This document shows, piece after piece, positions 1 through 8,133 of a stretch of DNA of 64,000 bases; positions within the stretch are counted from its first letter, which is position 1; every line of letters starts with the position of its first letter. Position numbers and translations under genes: made by a program. Where the stretch lies: the sequence record OU343167.1. The stretch is one strand, 5' to 3'. Under the pieces are notes generated by a model. The model was not told the origin of the DNA. It worked only from the letters and a program-made list of their open reading frames with translations, and made no database searches.

Positions 1-200
1 TAGTACTCGGTATCGACCCTGTACATGAGAAAGCTAAACTCATTGGCTTCAACGTATACATCCGTCCATTCGGGCCCAATCATGATCGGATGCATGCGAT
101 GATCAAGAACGATATTCCAATGCGACTTGGTGTACGCGGCCTCAAGAATGCGGCTGGTGTATTGAAAGAAATTATCACATTCGACATATTGTCAGATTGA
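1..200 (+). CDS. 3' end of a gene (partial) encoding a prohead-protease-fold paralog lacking the catalytic Ser
   Basis: Frame starting at nt 3 is open to TGA 198-200: VLGIDPVHEKAKLIGFNVYIRPFGPNHDRMHAMIKNDIPMRLGVRGLKNAAGVLKEIITFDILSD. IRPFGP, LGVRG and KEIITFDIL align by eye to VKPYGP, CSVRS and REISTWDFV of the protease at 54878-55711. Not in the supplied ORF track. Confidence 0.7.
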   Translation, partial: VLGIDPVHEKAKLIGFNVYIRPFGPNHDRMHAMIKNDIPMRLGVRGLKNAAGVLKEIITFDILSD

Positions 201-205
201 TAACT

Positions 206-230
206 AGCCCCTCTAATGAGGGGCTATATG
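206..230 (+). terminator. Hairpin AGCCCCTC-TAAT-GAGGGGCT followed by TATG (possible late promoter for the next gene)
   Basis: Perfect 8-bp stem between two co-oriented genes; TATG at 227-230, then AGGAG and ATG at 250. Confidence 0.65.
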
Positions 231-249
231 TCCCTCTAGGAGCAGAGTA

Positions 250-789
250 ATGAAATTCGAAAAACTACCGAATGCTAAATATCGGGTAACCGTTTCCTTC
301 GATGAAATGCGCCAACGTATGGTCGCTGGTATTCGCCGGGATCTTGCCGTACTCGGTGAAGAACGAGTAGAAGCAATCGTTGAAAATGCATTTGGTTTGA
401 GTCAACTTCACCTGTGGGAGAATTCTTCTTTTGTTAAGAAGAATGAACTCCTGTTGACAGGAATCGAATTAGGTCATCCCCAAGTAAAAGTATCTTCACT
501 TGAGAATATTATTCTTCGTTCTCTAGTAGTAGATGCAAATCGTGTATGTGCTACTATTGATAGTTGGTCCATTCAATATAGTAACACCATCAATACACCA
601 CATGTATTGATTTTGGATGTTACCGCAGCAGGTCCCTTGGCCCGTGATCTGAATGCCCTTTATAATCTGCTTCCTCTTACAGTTGGGTTTAGATATCAAC
701 TGAATGACAATGAGCAGGTGGTTGATATTGTAGGTATCGATATCCTCTATGAAGATGATTTCGATAATCCTGTATTTAAAGATAAATAA
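250..789 (+). CDS. Prohead protease paralog, probably catalytically inactive (179 aa)
   Basis: SD AGGAG. Blocks PNAKY, NSS..ELGHP, DANRVCATI, AGP, VGFRY, DIVGIDIL match PNADGY, NSS..EFKHP, DDNRVCAHI, YGP, CSVRS, EISTWDFV of the protease at 54878-55711. Confidence 0.8.
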   Translation: MKFEKLPNAKYRVTVSFDEMRQRMVAGIRRDLAVLGEERVEAIVENAFGLSQLHLWENSSFVKKNELLLTGIELGHPQVKVSSLENIILRSLVVDANRVCATIDSWSIQYSNTINTPHVLILDVTAAGPLARDLNALYNLLPLTVGFRYQLNDNEQVVDIVGIDILYEDDFDNPVFKDK

Positions 790-793
790 CGCC

Positions 794-813
794 TATATCA
801 CAGAGGTGATATA
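794..813 (+). promoter_or_regulatory. Probable early (virion RNAP) promoter variant TATATCAC within a perfect inverted repeat
   Basis: TATATCAC-AGAG-GTGATATA; one mismatch to the phiKZ early motif TATATTAC, 30 nt upstream of ATG 843. Confidence 0.55.
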
Positions 814-842
814 AATACACTCTATCAAAAGGAAATTGCAAA

Positions 843-1547
843 ATGAATCAGGTTTTCAACGCTGTAAAATCCATGTTCATTCCGTCTCATCGTGAAGTGT
901 TCGGTAAGGCAATTCGTGATGTAGAACATGATATGGATTTCTTTGAAACCATAATGGACGCTAGCAGTTATAGTCCAACTGAACTCCCTAAAGGCAAAGG
1001 AGAGAGTATGTCTATTGATGTCCTTACTGTCGATGATCTTCCTTTGCGGGGTGATCCTGAGGCAACTTACAAAGTAACTTCTACTTTGGATTTGTATCGT
1101 TGGGTTAATGGGGAATATGTTGTACATAACCCTTACCTCGATCCAGTCGTGCAAAGTTTTGGTGAAAGAGCAGTGATTGTTGATCCAACCGCAACTCTGC
1201 CACATCTGACCGAGGAACATCTCCGTAAAGGTGGTGACATCAGACTGGCCATGGTTTATAATGTTCGGGCTCTGCGTGAAGATCTCCGTCGCATGGAACT
1301 TCTGAACATTTCCATGGAGTCGCTGCTACCGCGTAATCTCCGTGTTAAAGACCTTGACGTACCAGGTATGTTCCTTTCCACTAACCACACCATCTTGACT
1401 CGTCAACTGAAGTCCATCATGCGTGGTAAAGGTAACTATGATAAATATGTCGTAGAAGGCCTGGCTCGCATGGGTGTTGATGTATGGTACGATGAAGCTA
1501 AACGTAAAGTTGGCTTTAAAGATGGCACTTTCGTGGCGCTGGTGTAA
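843..1547 (+). CDS. Hypothetical protein (234 aa) containing a tail-fibre-like bead motif
   Basis: Long ORF with AAGGA SD; aa 60-93 resemble a repeat of the collagen-like fibre at 24077. Confidence 0.85.
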   Translation: MNQVFNAVKSMFIPSHREVFGKAIRDVEHDMDFFETIMDASSYSPTELPKGKGESMSIDVLTVDDLPLRGDPEATYKVTSTLDLYRWVNGEYVVHNPYLDPVVQSFGERAVIVDPTATLPHLTEEHLRKGGDIRLAMVYNVRALREDLRRMELLNISMESLLPRNLRVKDLDVPGMFLSTNHTILTRQLKSIMRGKGNYDKYVVEGLARMGVDVWYDEAKRKVGFKDGTFVALV

Positions 1548-1820
1548 ATGTCTGTCTTCGGTTATGTATTGACGTGGACTCAGGAATTTCACATGTGGTT
1601 CCTGATAGCTGTTCTCGCTGCTTTCTTTGCTCTTTATCTAAATCATCGGTTTAGGTATCTCATCTACGTGCCATTTGAAAAGATTGGCAAACGTGATTTC
1701 ATTAAGATGTCCCTTACTTCAATTACAATGCTGTTGTGTATTGTCGTTGTATTTGGGGCTACTCTACGAATGATCGAGATGAAAGAGATCGATAGAGTAT
1801 GGTCGATTGAACAGCGATGA
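1548..1820 (+). CDS. Small membrane protein (90 aa, two hydrophobic segments)
   Basis: ATG directly follows the upstream TAA; hydrophobic runs WFLIAVLAAFFALYL and ITMLLCIVVVFGATL. Confidence 0.75.
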   Translation: MSVFGYVLTWTQEFHMWFLIAVLAAFFALYLNHRFRYLIYVPFEKIGKRDFIKMSLTSITMLLCIVVVFGATLRMIEMKEIDRVWSIEQR

Positions 1821-1827
1821 GTAACAA

Positions 1828-1876
1828 CATAAAGCCCTCTCCTTCGGGAGAGGGCGATATGCTTTATTTTTTTTTT
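1828..1876. terminator. Bidirectional terminator, CATA...TATG family
   Basis: CATA-AA-GCCCTCTCC-TTCG-GGAGAGGGC-GA-TATG then a long T run, between convergent genes. Confidence 0.85.
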
Positions 1877-2303
1877 ATTTCTCGAAACTTAATTCAACTT
1901 GTGAAGTTGGAATGTAGGCTAGAGAACGAGTAGTGGGTTTTAAAATAACCGTATTACCAGTTAGAGGACCATCTAGGAATTCATCAGTATCGACGGGTAC
2001 AGTCACTTTATCACGGAGTACTTTAATAACATCATGGATAGTTGAATAATCAATTCTCTTCCCTGGAATAACAACCCCATTGAGAGCTTCTTCAATTCGA
2101 TATCGATTAAAGAATATTTGTTTCTGTCCTTTAAAATACTTGCTTGTCCCAACAGCCTGAATAGTAGCTCTTGAGTTATTACCGTTCTGCAACCATATTT
2201 CAATACCAGTCCAAATAACATCCTCAGGACGAATAGCTGGATCCAACTTGTTCTGAATACTAAACTGTTGGAGTAGTTTAGATTTCATGTTTTTAACGTG
2301 CAT
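1875..2303 (-). CDS. Putative virion structural protein, phiKZ-type short paralog-family domain (142 aa)
   Basis: IFFNRYRI and RSLAYIP motifs shared with ORFs 2313, 20666 and the N-terminus of 37172. Confidence 0.7.
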   Translation of the reverse strand: MHVKNMKSKLLQQFSIQNKLDPAIRPEDVIWTGIEIWLQNGNNSRATIQAVGTSKYFKGQKQIFFNRYRIEEALNGVVIPGKRIDYSTIHDVIKVLRDKVTVPVDTDEFLDGPLTGNTVILKPTTRSLAYIPTSQVELSFEK

Positions 2304-2312
2304 CTCTACTCC

Positions 2313-3191
2313 TTAGTTATAATGAATTCTAATTTCGCCAACGACATCCTGACATAAAGTTTTATGTAACTCGATAACAAGTACATTTTGTATATCAGTA
2401 CGCCCACTAAATCGAGGTAGTACAATGCCATTATAAATGATCCTGTACTTTAGAACCCCTATTTCTTCAGTATAAGCGATGTTGTGAGAAGCTGGTGTCT
2501 TTGATGCTGTCCAAGGTTTATTCGTCACCTCAGCGAGAATAGCGGCCATCTTCTTAGGATCTGGATGGGTACCAGCCTTTGTTAGATGACGAAGATACTC
2601 TCTATGTTCACTAAAGTCATATCCAGTGATGTAATAAGTACCATTGATCAGTGAAAGATCATTAGCTTTAACATTGTCAGGTTTACCTACGTCAGGGAAT
2701 TCAACTTTACTGAAAGTAGATAATTCCTTTCGTAGTGTATTAATCAAACGAACCCGAAGAAAACCTACAAAACGAAGAGACTTTTTATTCGCATGGAGAA
2801 TGAATTCTTGGTTGAATACATTATACTCGGTATGTTCGAAATCATCTACATCAAAAACAATGTTATTTAACTCGGATAATTTTTCGACAACCTTTAAACT
2901 GGAATATGGAGTATCCACATTCGATAAATCAAGCACTTGGGTTTGTCTAAAAAATGTCGTCAAATCTAATCGATCGTACGTATAAGTATCGAGTTCGACT
3001 TCCGGTAGTAAGTTACCGGAAGCTTTACTGCGATTTACACTTATAACAATACGAGTCTTGGTACCACCCAGTGATTCGAACTGTTCAAGCTTAGTACTAC
3101 CCGGAAACAATTGGGTAAAACAAGCATCGTTGATCATGTCGATTATAGATGTCCAAGGAGTAGACTGTAAATAGTCTCTCGTAATGTACAT
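2313..3191 (-). CDS. Putative virion structural protein (292 aa)
   Basis: Long ORF in an operon with 3194-5362; YTYDRLDL and KSLRFVG family motifs. Confidence 0.75.
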   Translation of the reverse strand: MYITRDYLQSTPWTSIIDMINDACFTQLFPGSTKLEQFESLGGTKTRIVISVNRSKASGNLLPEVELDTYTYDRLDLTTFFRQTQVLDLSNVDTPYSSLKVVEKLSELNNIVFDVDDFEHTEYNVFNQEFILHANKKSLRFVGFLRVRLINTLRKELSTFSKVEFPDVGKPDNVKANDLSLINGTYYITGYDFSEHREYLRHLTKAGTHPDPKKMAAILAEVTNKPWTASKTPASHNIAYTEEIGVLKYRIIYNGIVLPRFSGRTDIQNVLVIELHKTLCQDVVGEIRIHYN

Positions 3192-3193
3192 GA

Positions 3194-5362
3194 TTACTCC
3201 TTAAGTTTCGGCCAGTTAGGGTCAGTGGAATTCTGATATTGATCCAAGTCGCCAGTTGTATTCGGCGAATTATTAGTTTCGATAACAACATTACTTACGT
3301 TAACACCGTTTACTGGAATGTAATAATGGGCGTCAGCGTAACTAAGGTCTCTCACTTCTACAAATGGATTAATCCAGAACATATCCTGTTGACTATAAAC
3401 GTAGTCGACGAATGGAGAAGTAGAATCATCAACAACACGATACGTATGCCCTGCCGACGTTCTATATGCTTTGACATTTTGAACAGCGACGTTGCAGATA
3501 TAGTTACCAGCGGCATCTACTGCAATATCCCCCACACGTGGCATTACCATGCCAAGAATATGGAAATCGGTAAAGCTAACGTTACGAAGATATTGAAGAG
3601 GATAACTGGATAGACGACCCATCAACCGTAGCAATTCACGTTGCACTTCACCTAGTGTAATAACACGAACCAAGTTGGAGCCAGTTGCAATATTGATGCA
3701 ATCCATACACATCTGTTCTGCCTCAGTCTTATTTAGATTGAGGATATCGAAAGATGCTCTACGGAAATAATCTTCAAACTTGGTATTTGGTGGAGCCAGT
3801 TTACACATCCGATGCATGTAATGGAACTTTACAAGTTGCTCACAATAAGCACGACCAGCAGGATGCTCCTGGAAAGAATACATTTCCCATTGCAGGAGAT
3901 ATTCTTTGTGTAAACGGACACAGTCCAGATAGAACTGCTCAGTGGAGATATAGTTACCCATTGGAGTAACCATGTCTTGCACAGCAGTAATTAGACGGTC
4001 AGGGATAATACGTTTATCAACAGCTGGTCGAAGTTCACCAAAGGTAGGTAACTTATCTCTTAGTACTTCATATGCTACAAGACTAGGGATGTTATCGGTT
4101 GGAATATCACGAGCCTTGGCATAGGTATACATCATCACAATGAAGGCATCTTTAACCGTCATGGTCATGAATTCGCCAGTCTTAGGATTAGGTATTTGAA
4201 CATAAGCCCTATATTTATCACTTGAGGCCAAATGTAACCATTCGTTCAGCAATACGCTCATTAATGAACGTACAGAACTATTAGACCGGTCAATCACCTC
4301 AGAGTCAAGAACTTTAGTTCTAAGCCAACTGTATTGATCGGAACTCATCTTATCGGTGATATCTTGCTCAGCATCGAAACGAACAAGAGGGTTCTCTCTT
4401 GCAAGGTCATCTTCCCTTTCAAGAACGTCTGCCACAGATGTCGTTTCTTGGCCTTCTTGTACGACAGGGAAGTTAACGTCGTGTTTTATCATATCGACGG
4501 TTGGTCGATGCTGCTCAGGCATTTTAGAACTGTTTTGTTCAATAGTAAAACTGATCAACGGAATGCCACGAGGTGTAAGAATATTCTTAATAAGACGTTG
4601 CCAAATTTCCTTCTTACCCGCATTGCGTTCTAGAAACGCAATGTTACGATATAACCATAAACGTTGCTCAAGAGAAAGATAGGGAATAAACTCATCCAAC
4701 CCTTGGTGAGATGCGAGGTATTCCGTAACGTGATAACTATGCGCTTCGTTAGTCTTTGCATTCCGTAGACGAATAAGCATAATAGCAATAGGTAAACGGG
4801 TATATAAATGACCAAGGAAGTTTGCAAGGTATAGATCGTCAGTTAAATTAAACTGCGGGTTATACCAGCGAGTAATAAATACATTAACCCACGACTGAAG
4901 TTGATGGAAGAAAGAGTATTCATTATCTTCTACATACTTCGGATCAAAGTACAAAATATCCCCATCATTTGAATCTATTGCCGTTTGGATGTCAATTGGA
5001 TATAAGATTCCAGTAATCAAACCTGCTTGTTCTGGGAACTGTCTTACAAGGCTATTGTATAAAACGCTACCCGGAATATACTCTCGCGCAGTAGCGCGGT
5101 GAAGCGCCAGATTTTCTTTTGTGAAATCGATGATTTCAAGAGTATCCGCGGAACGAACTGTCATCATGACATCTGTTTCATGATACTCACCAGCAAGGTT
5201 CTGATAATATTTCCAAGTCTCCGGTCTTGCTGGATCAGCTTCATGTCCGACCTCTTTTAGGCGTTCATTAATCTGATTAGCTATTTCAGAAAACTTGATT
5301 ACTACAGATCTTGCAAGTCTCATGACATCGTCACGGTAAACTCCAAAATACATGCTACTCAT
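3194..5362 (-). CDS. Virion structural protein (phiKZ gp128-like position, 722 aa)
   Basis: Long ORF divergent from the portal; assignment by size and synteny only. Confidence 0.7.
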   Translation of the reverse strand: MSSMYFGVYRDDVMRLARSVVIKFSEIANQINERLKEVGHEADPARPETWKYYQNLAGEYHETDVMMTVRSADTLEIIDFTKENLALHRATAREYIPGSVLYNSLVRQFPEQAGLITGILYPIDIQTAIDSNDGDILYFDPKYVEDNEYSFFHQLQSWVNVFITRWYNPQFNLTDDLYLANFLGHLYTRLPIAIMLIRLRNAKTNEAHSYHVTEYLASHQGLDEFIPYLSLEQRLWLYRNIAFLERNAGKKEIWQRLIKNILTPRGIPLISFTIEQNSSKMPEQHRPTVDMIKHDVNFPVVQEGQETTSVADVLEREDDLARENPLVRFDAEQDITDKMSSDQYSWLRTKVLDSEVIDRSNSSVRSLMSVLLNEWLHLASSDKYRAYVQIPNPKTGEFMTMTVKDAFIVMMYTYAKARDIPTDNIPSLVAYEVLRDKLPTFGELRPAVDKRIIPDRLITAVQDMVTPMGNYISTEQFYLDCVRLHKEYLLQWEMYSFQEHPAGRAYCEQLVKFHYMHRMCKLAPPNTKFEDYFRRASFDILNLNKTEAEQMCMDCINIATGSNLVRVITLGEVQRELLRLMGRLSSYPLQYLRNVSFTDFHILGMVMPRVGDIAVDAAGNYICNVAVQNVKAYRTSAGHTYRVVDDSTSPFVDYVYSQQDMFWINPFVEVRDLSYADAHYYIPVNGVNVSNVVIETNNSPNTTGDLDQYQNSTDPNWPKLKE

Positions 5363-5397
5363 GGTAATTTACTCACTTGTTAAACGAGGAGCTTCAA

Positions 5398-8094
5398 ATG
5401 GCTCGACAAACGAATGAGGTAGCGTACCCAAAGTTGCAGACGCTCCGTTTAGGATCGAAAGCAACTCCGACTAACGCCCTCCTCAACCTGTTGCGTAAGG
5501 ACCCGAACGCAATTGGCAGCGAAGCAGCAAAGCCTCGTGTGAACGTAAACCGTTTCACATTAGATAAGGTTTCGCGTGATACTTCGCAAGAGATCGTTGA
5601 CTCCGACTCTATTATGCAGTTGCTACCAGACCTAGAGTTGGTAGAAACAGTATACGTCGGTAGTATCATCGATCCTAAAGCACTTTCGGATACGGACCTC
5701 ACATTCGCTATTGATCCAGCTATCTTTGATAGCGAGATTGCAAAGCTTTTGCTTGAGCCAGTTGAAACGTACTTTAAACGAGACTATAAGATTGACGAGC
5801 GTCTGGACCTGATCCTTCGGGATTGCTTGTTCCGTAAGGGTGCTTCTATCTTAGCTGTTCTCCCTGAAAACGTTCTAGATAACCTTATTAATGGGCGTCG
5901 CCAGGTATCTATGGAAACTTTCTCCTCTATTAGAGATCGTGTCCAGAATACAACTAATGAAAACTTGGGTTTCCTTGGTCACCCAGATAAGAACAATATC
6001 TCTCTTGAGGGATATCATGATAATGCTACAGCTAACCGTATTCGTGGAGATAAGCTCCTCACTGTAACGGATAACTTTAACATTCTCAAAGTTCCATCGA
6101 TGTCACAACGTGTACGCGAAATGAATATTGCGCGTAAGCTTCGCGGTAATCAGATCTCGATGGAAAACGCTGTTCATAAATTCGGTAACGCTGAAATCGA
6201 ACAGCTTTATCAGAATAGACTAGGCGGCACTGAACATACTCAGGTAATCACAGCTCCTAAGTACATGAATCGGCCTTCGGTTGGACATCCATTGACTCTC
6301 CCTCTTCCAATGGAATCCATTGTACCAGTATTCGTACAGGGGCGCCCACATGAACACATCGGCTATTTCTTGTTGGTCGACCAACATGGTTACCCGCTCT
6401 CCAAAGACTCAACCCGAGATTTTTATGGTGAGCTTCAATCAGGTTGGAAAGGTGGTAAGAATAACGACAACAGTTCTGAAGTTCTACGCCTTACTCGGGA
6501 AGCGATGGGTGCTAATACTTCTAAACAAGATTTCGAAGTGGATGAAATCCAGCAAACATACAACGCGATTATTGTGAATGATCTTAACAACCGTCTTCGT
6601 AACGGCATGTATGATCAGGAAATTGAGATCGGTCTAACTGAAGAAATTCAGAGGATCATGTTGTATCGTTCTTGGAAAGCTAAACATACTCAACTGGTAT
6701 TCATCCCGGCAGAGCTTTTAGTTTATATTGCATTCGACTATAACGAAAATGGCATTGGTGAAACTCTTCTGTCTCGCTCGAAGATTATCGCAACCATGCG
6801 TTCTACTCTTCTTATGGCAGAAGCTATTGGGGGTATGCGTAATGCTGTTGGTCGTAAGCGTGTAAGTATTACTCTTGATCCCGACGATACAGATCCGGAA
6901 CAAACAATCAGTAATATCCAATCGAATATCATGGAATCGGCGCACCGTAGTTTCCCTCTGGCTGCCCCTGACCCTACGCAAGCGATGGACCATCTGATTC
7001 GTTCTGGCTTTGACTTTGAAATCAACACCAATGGTGCTGACTACGCAGAGACAAAGGTGCAATACGACGATTACAATACCAACGTTAATGCTGGGAATCC
7101 TGATCTACAAGATCGCCTTCGCCGTATGCACATCTCGGGTATGGGTGTACCACCTGAGAAAGTAGACCCGATGTCTTCTCCAGACTTCGCTACTTCTGTG
7201 GTACAGAATGACCTTGTAATGTCTCGACGTGTTAAAGAGAAACAGAAAGCGTTCTGTCAACACTTGTCTAAATTCATTCGTGTATTTGTAACGCACAGTT
7301 CTATCCTGCGTAATCAAATGTACAAAATCATTCAAGACAACGTTGACATGTTGACATCGCCTGAACTTAAACAGTTGACAGTTGAAGAAGTAGTTGATGA
7401 GTTTATCACTGCCATTGAGGTTTCTCTACCGGCACCCGATAATACTCAACATGAACGTCAAGCAGAATCGATGGATGCCTATGATCGACTTCTGACTATG
7501 GGCTTGGAAAACTACATCACCAGCGAACTCTTCCCCGATGAGTTTACTTCCATACCTGGTCTGTCTGACCAGATAATGGTTCAGTTGAAAGCTGTATTTA
7601 AACGTCAGTTTATGGCAACACACAACATCCTTCCGGAACTTAATGTTCTTACAGAAATGGATGGTGATAAACCTGCATTCAGCTTGCTGGATTGGCTGAA
7701 CGTACAACAGGAAACTGTTGGCTCTGCTATCCTTAGCTATGCTAAGCATCAACAAGAAGCTAAGAAGCGTCTTGAGGCTAAGTATAAATCTACTATCGAT
7801 GGAGCTGATGATGTAGGTGGTGGTGACAGTTGGAACAATGATAATAATGACGAGTCTGGAGATGACTCCTTCTCTGATTTAGATGGTTCTGATACGGACC
7901 TTGGTGTTGATGGTGGTACAGGTGATACTCCAGCTGGTGATAGTGATATCACTGACATGGATGAATCGTCCAGTGAAAATACCGATGAAACTAATCCCGA
8001 AGATGAGCCGCAAGTTGAGGGTCTTGAAGATCCAATATCGGCCGCTGAACAGGATGAACTGGAAGACGAAGAAGATACATCTGACTTCCGTTAA
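5398..8094 (+). CDS. Probable portal protein (phiKZ gp129-like, 898 aa) with acidic C-terminal tail
   Basis: GAGGA SD favours ATG 5398; size, helical core, D/E-rich last ~100 aa, repeated [IV]S[ML]E protease motifs and synteny agree with gp129. Confidence 0.7.
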   Translation: MARQTNEVAYPKLQTLRLGSKATPTNALLNLLRKDPNAIGSEAAKPRVNVNRFTLDKVSRDTSQEIVDSDSIMQLLPDLELVETVYVGSIIDPKALSDTDLTFAIDPAIFDSEIAKLLLEPVETYFKRDYKIDERLDLILRDCLFRKGASILAVLPENVLDNLINGRRQVSMETFSSIRDRVQNTTNENLGFLGHPDKNNISLEGYHDNATANRIRGDKLLTVTDNFNILKVPSMSQRVREMNIARKLRGNQISMENAVHKFGNAEIEQLYQNRLGGTEHTQVITAPKYMNRPSVGHPLTLPLPMESIVPVFVQGRPHEHIGYFLLVDQHGYPLSKDSTRDFYGELQSGWKGGKNNDNSSEVLRLTREAMGANTSKQDFEVDEIQQTYNAIIVNDLNNRLRNGMYDQEIEIGLTEEIQRIMLYRSWKAKHTQLVFIPAELLVYIAFDYNENGIGETLLSRSKIIATMRSTLLMAEAIGGMRNAVGRKRVSITLDPDDTDPEQTISNIQSNIMESAHRSFPLAAPDPTQAMDHLIRSGFDFEINTNGADYAETKVQYDDYNTNVNAGNPDLQDRLRRMHISGMGVPPEKVDPMSSPDFATSVVQNDLVMSRRVKEKQKAFCQHLSKFIRVFVTHSSILRNQMYKIIQDNVDMLTSPELKQLTVEEVVDEFITAIEVSLPAPDNTQHERQAESMDAYDRLLTMGLENYITSELFPDEFTSIPGLSDQIMVQLKAVFKRQFMATHNILPELNVLTEMDGDKPAFSLLDWLNVQQETVGSAILSYAKHQQEAKKRLEAKYKSTIDGADDVGGGDSWNNDNNDESGDDSFSDLDGSDTDLGVDGGTGDTPAGDSDITDMDESSSENTDETNPEDEPQVEGLEDPISAAEQDELEDEEDTSDFR

Positions 8095-8097
8095 CGA

Positions 8098-8128
8098 CAT
8101 AAAGCCCGGCCTTGAGCCGGGCAATATG
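8098..8128. terminator. Bidirectional terminator, CATA...TATG family
   Basis: CATA-AA-GCCCGGC-CTTGA-GCCGGGC-AA-TATG between convergent genes. Confidence 0.8.
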
Positions 8129-8133
8129 TTGCT

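Noticed and set aside
796-811. Resemblance of TATCAC...GTGATA to lambda operators
   Set aside because: Spacer is 4 rather than 5 nt, no repressor gene in the window, and the early promoter motif explains it.
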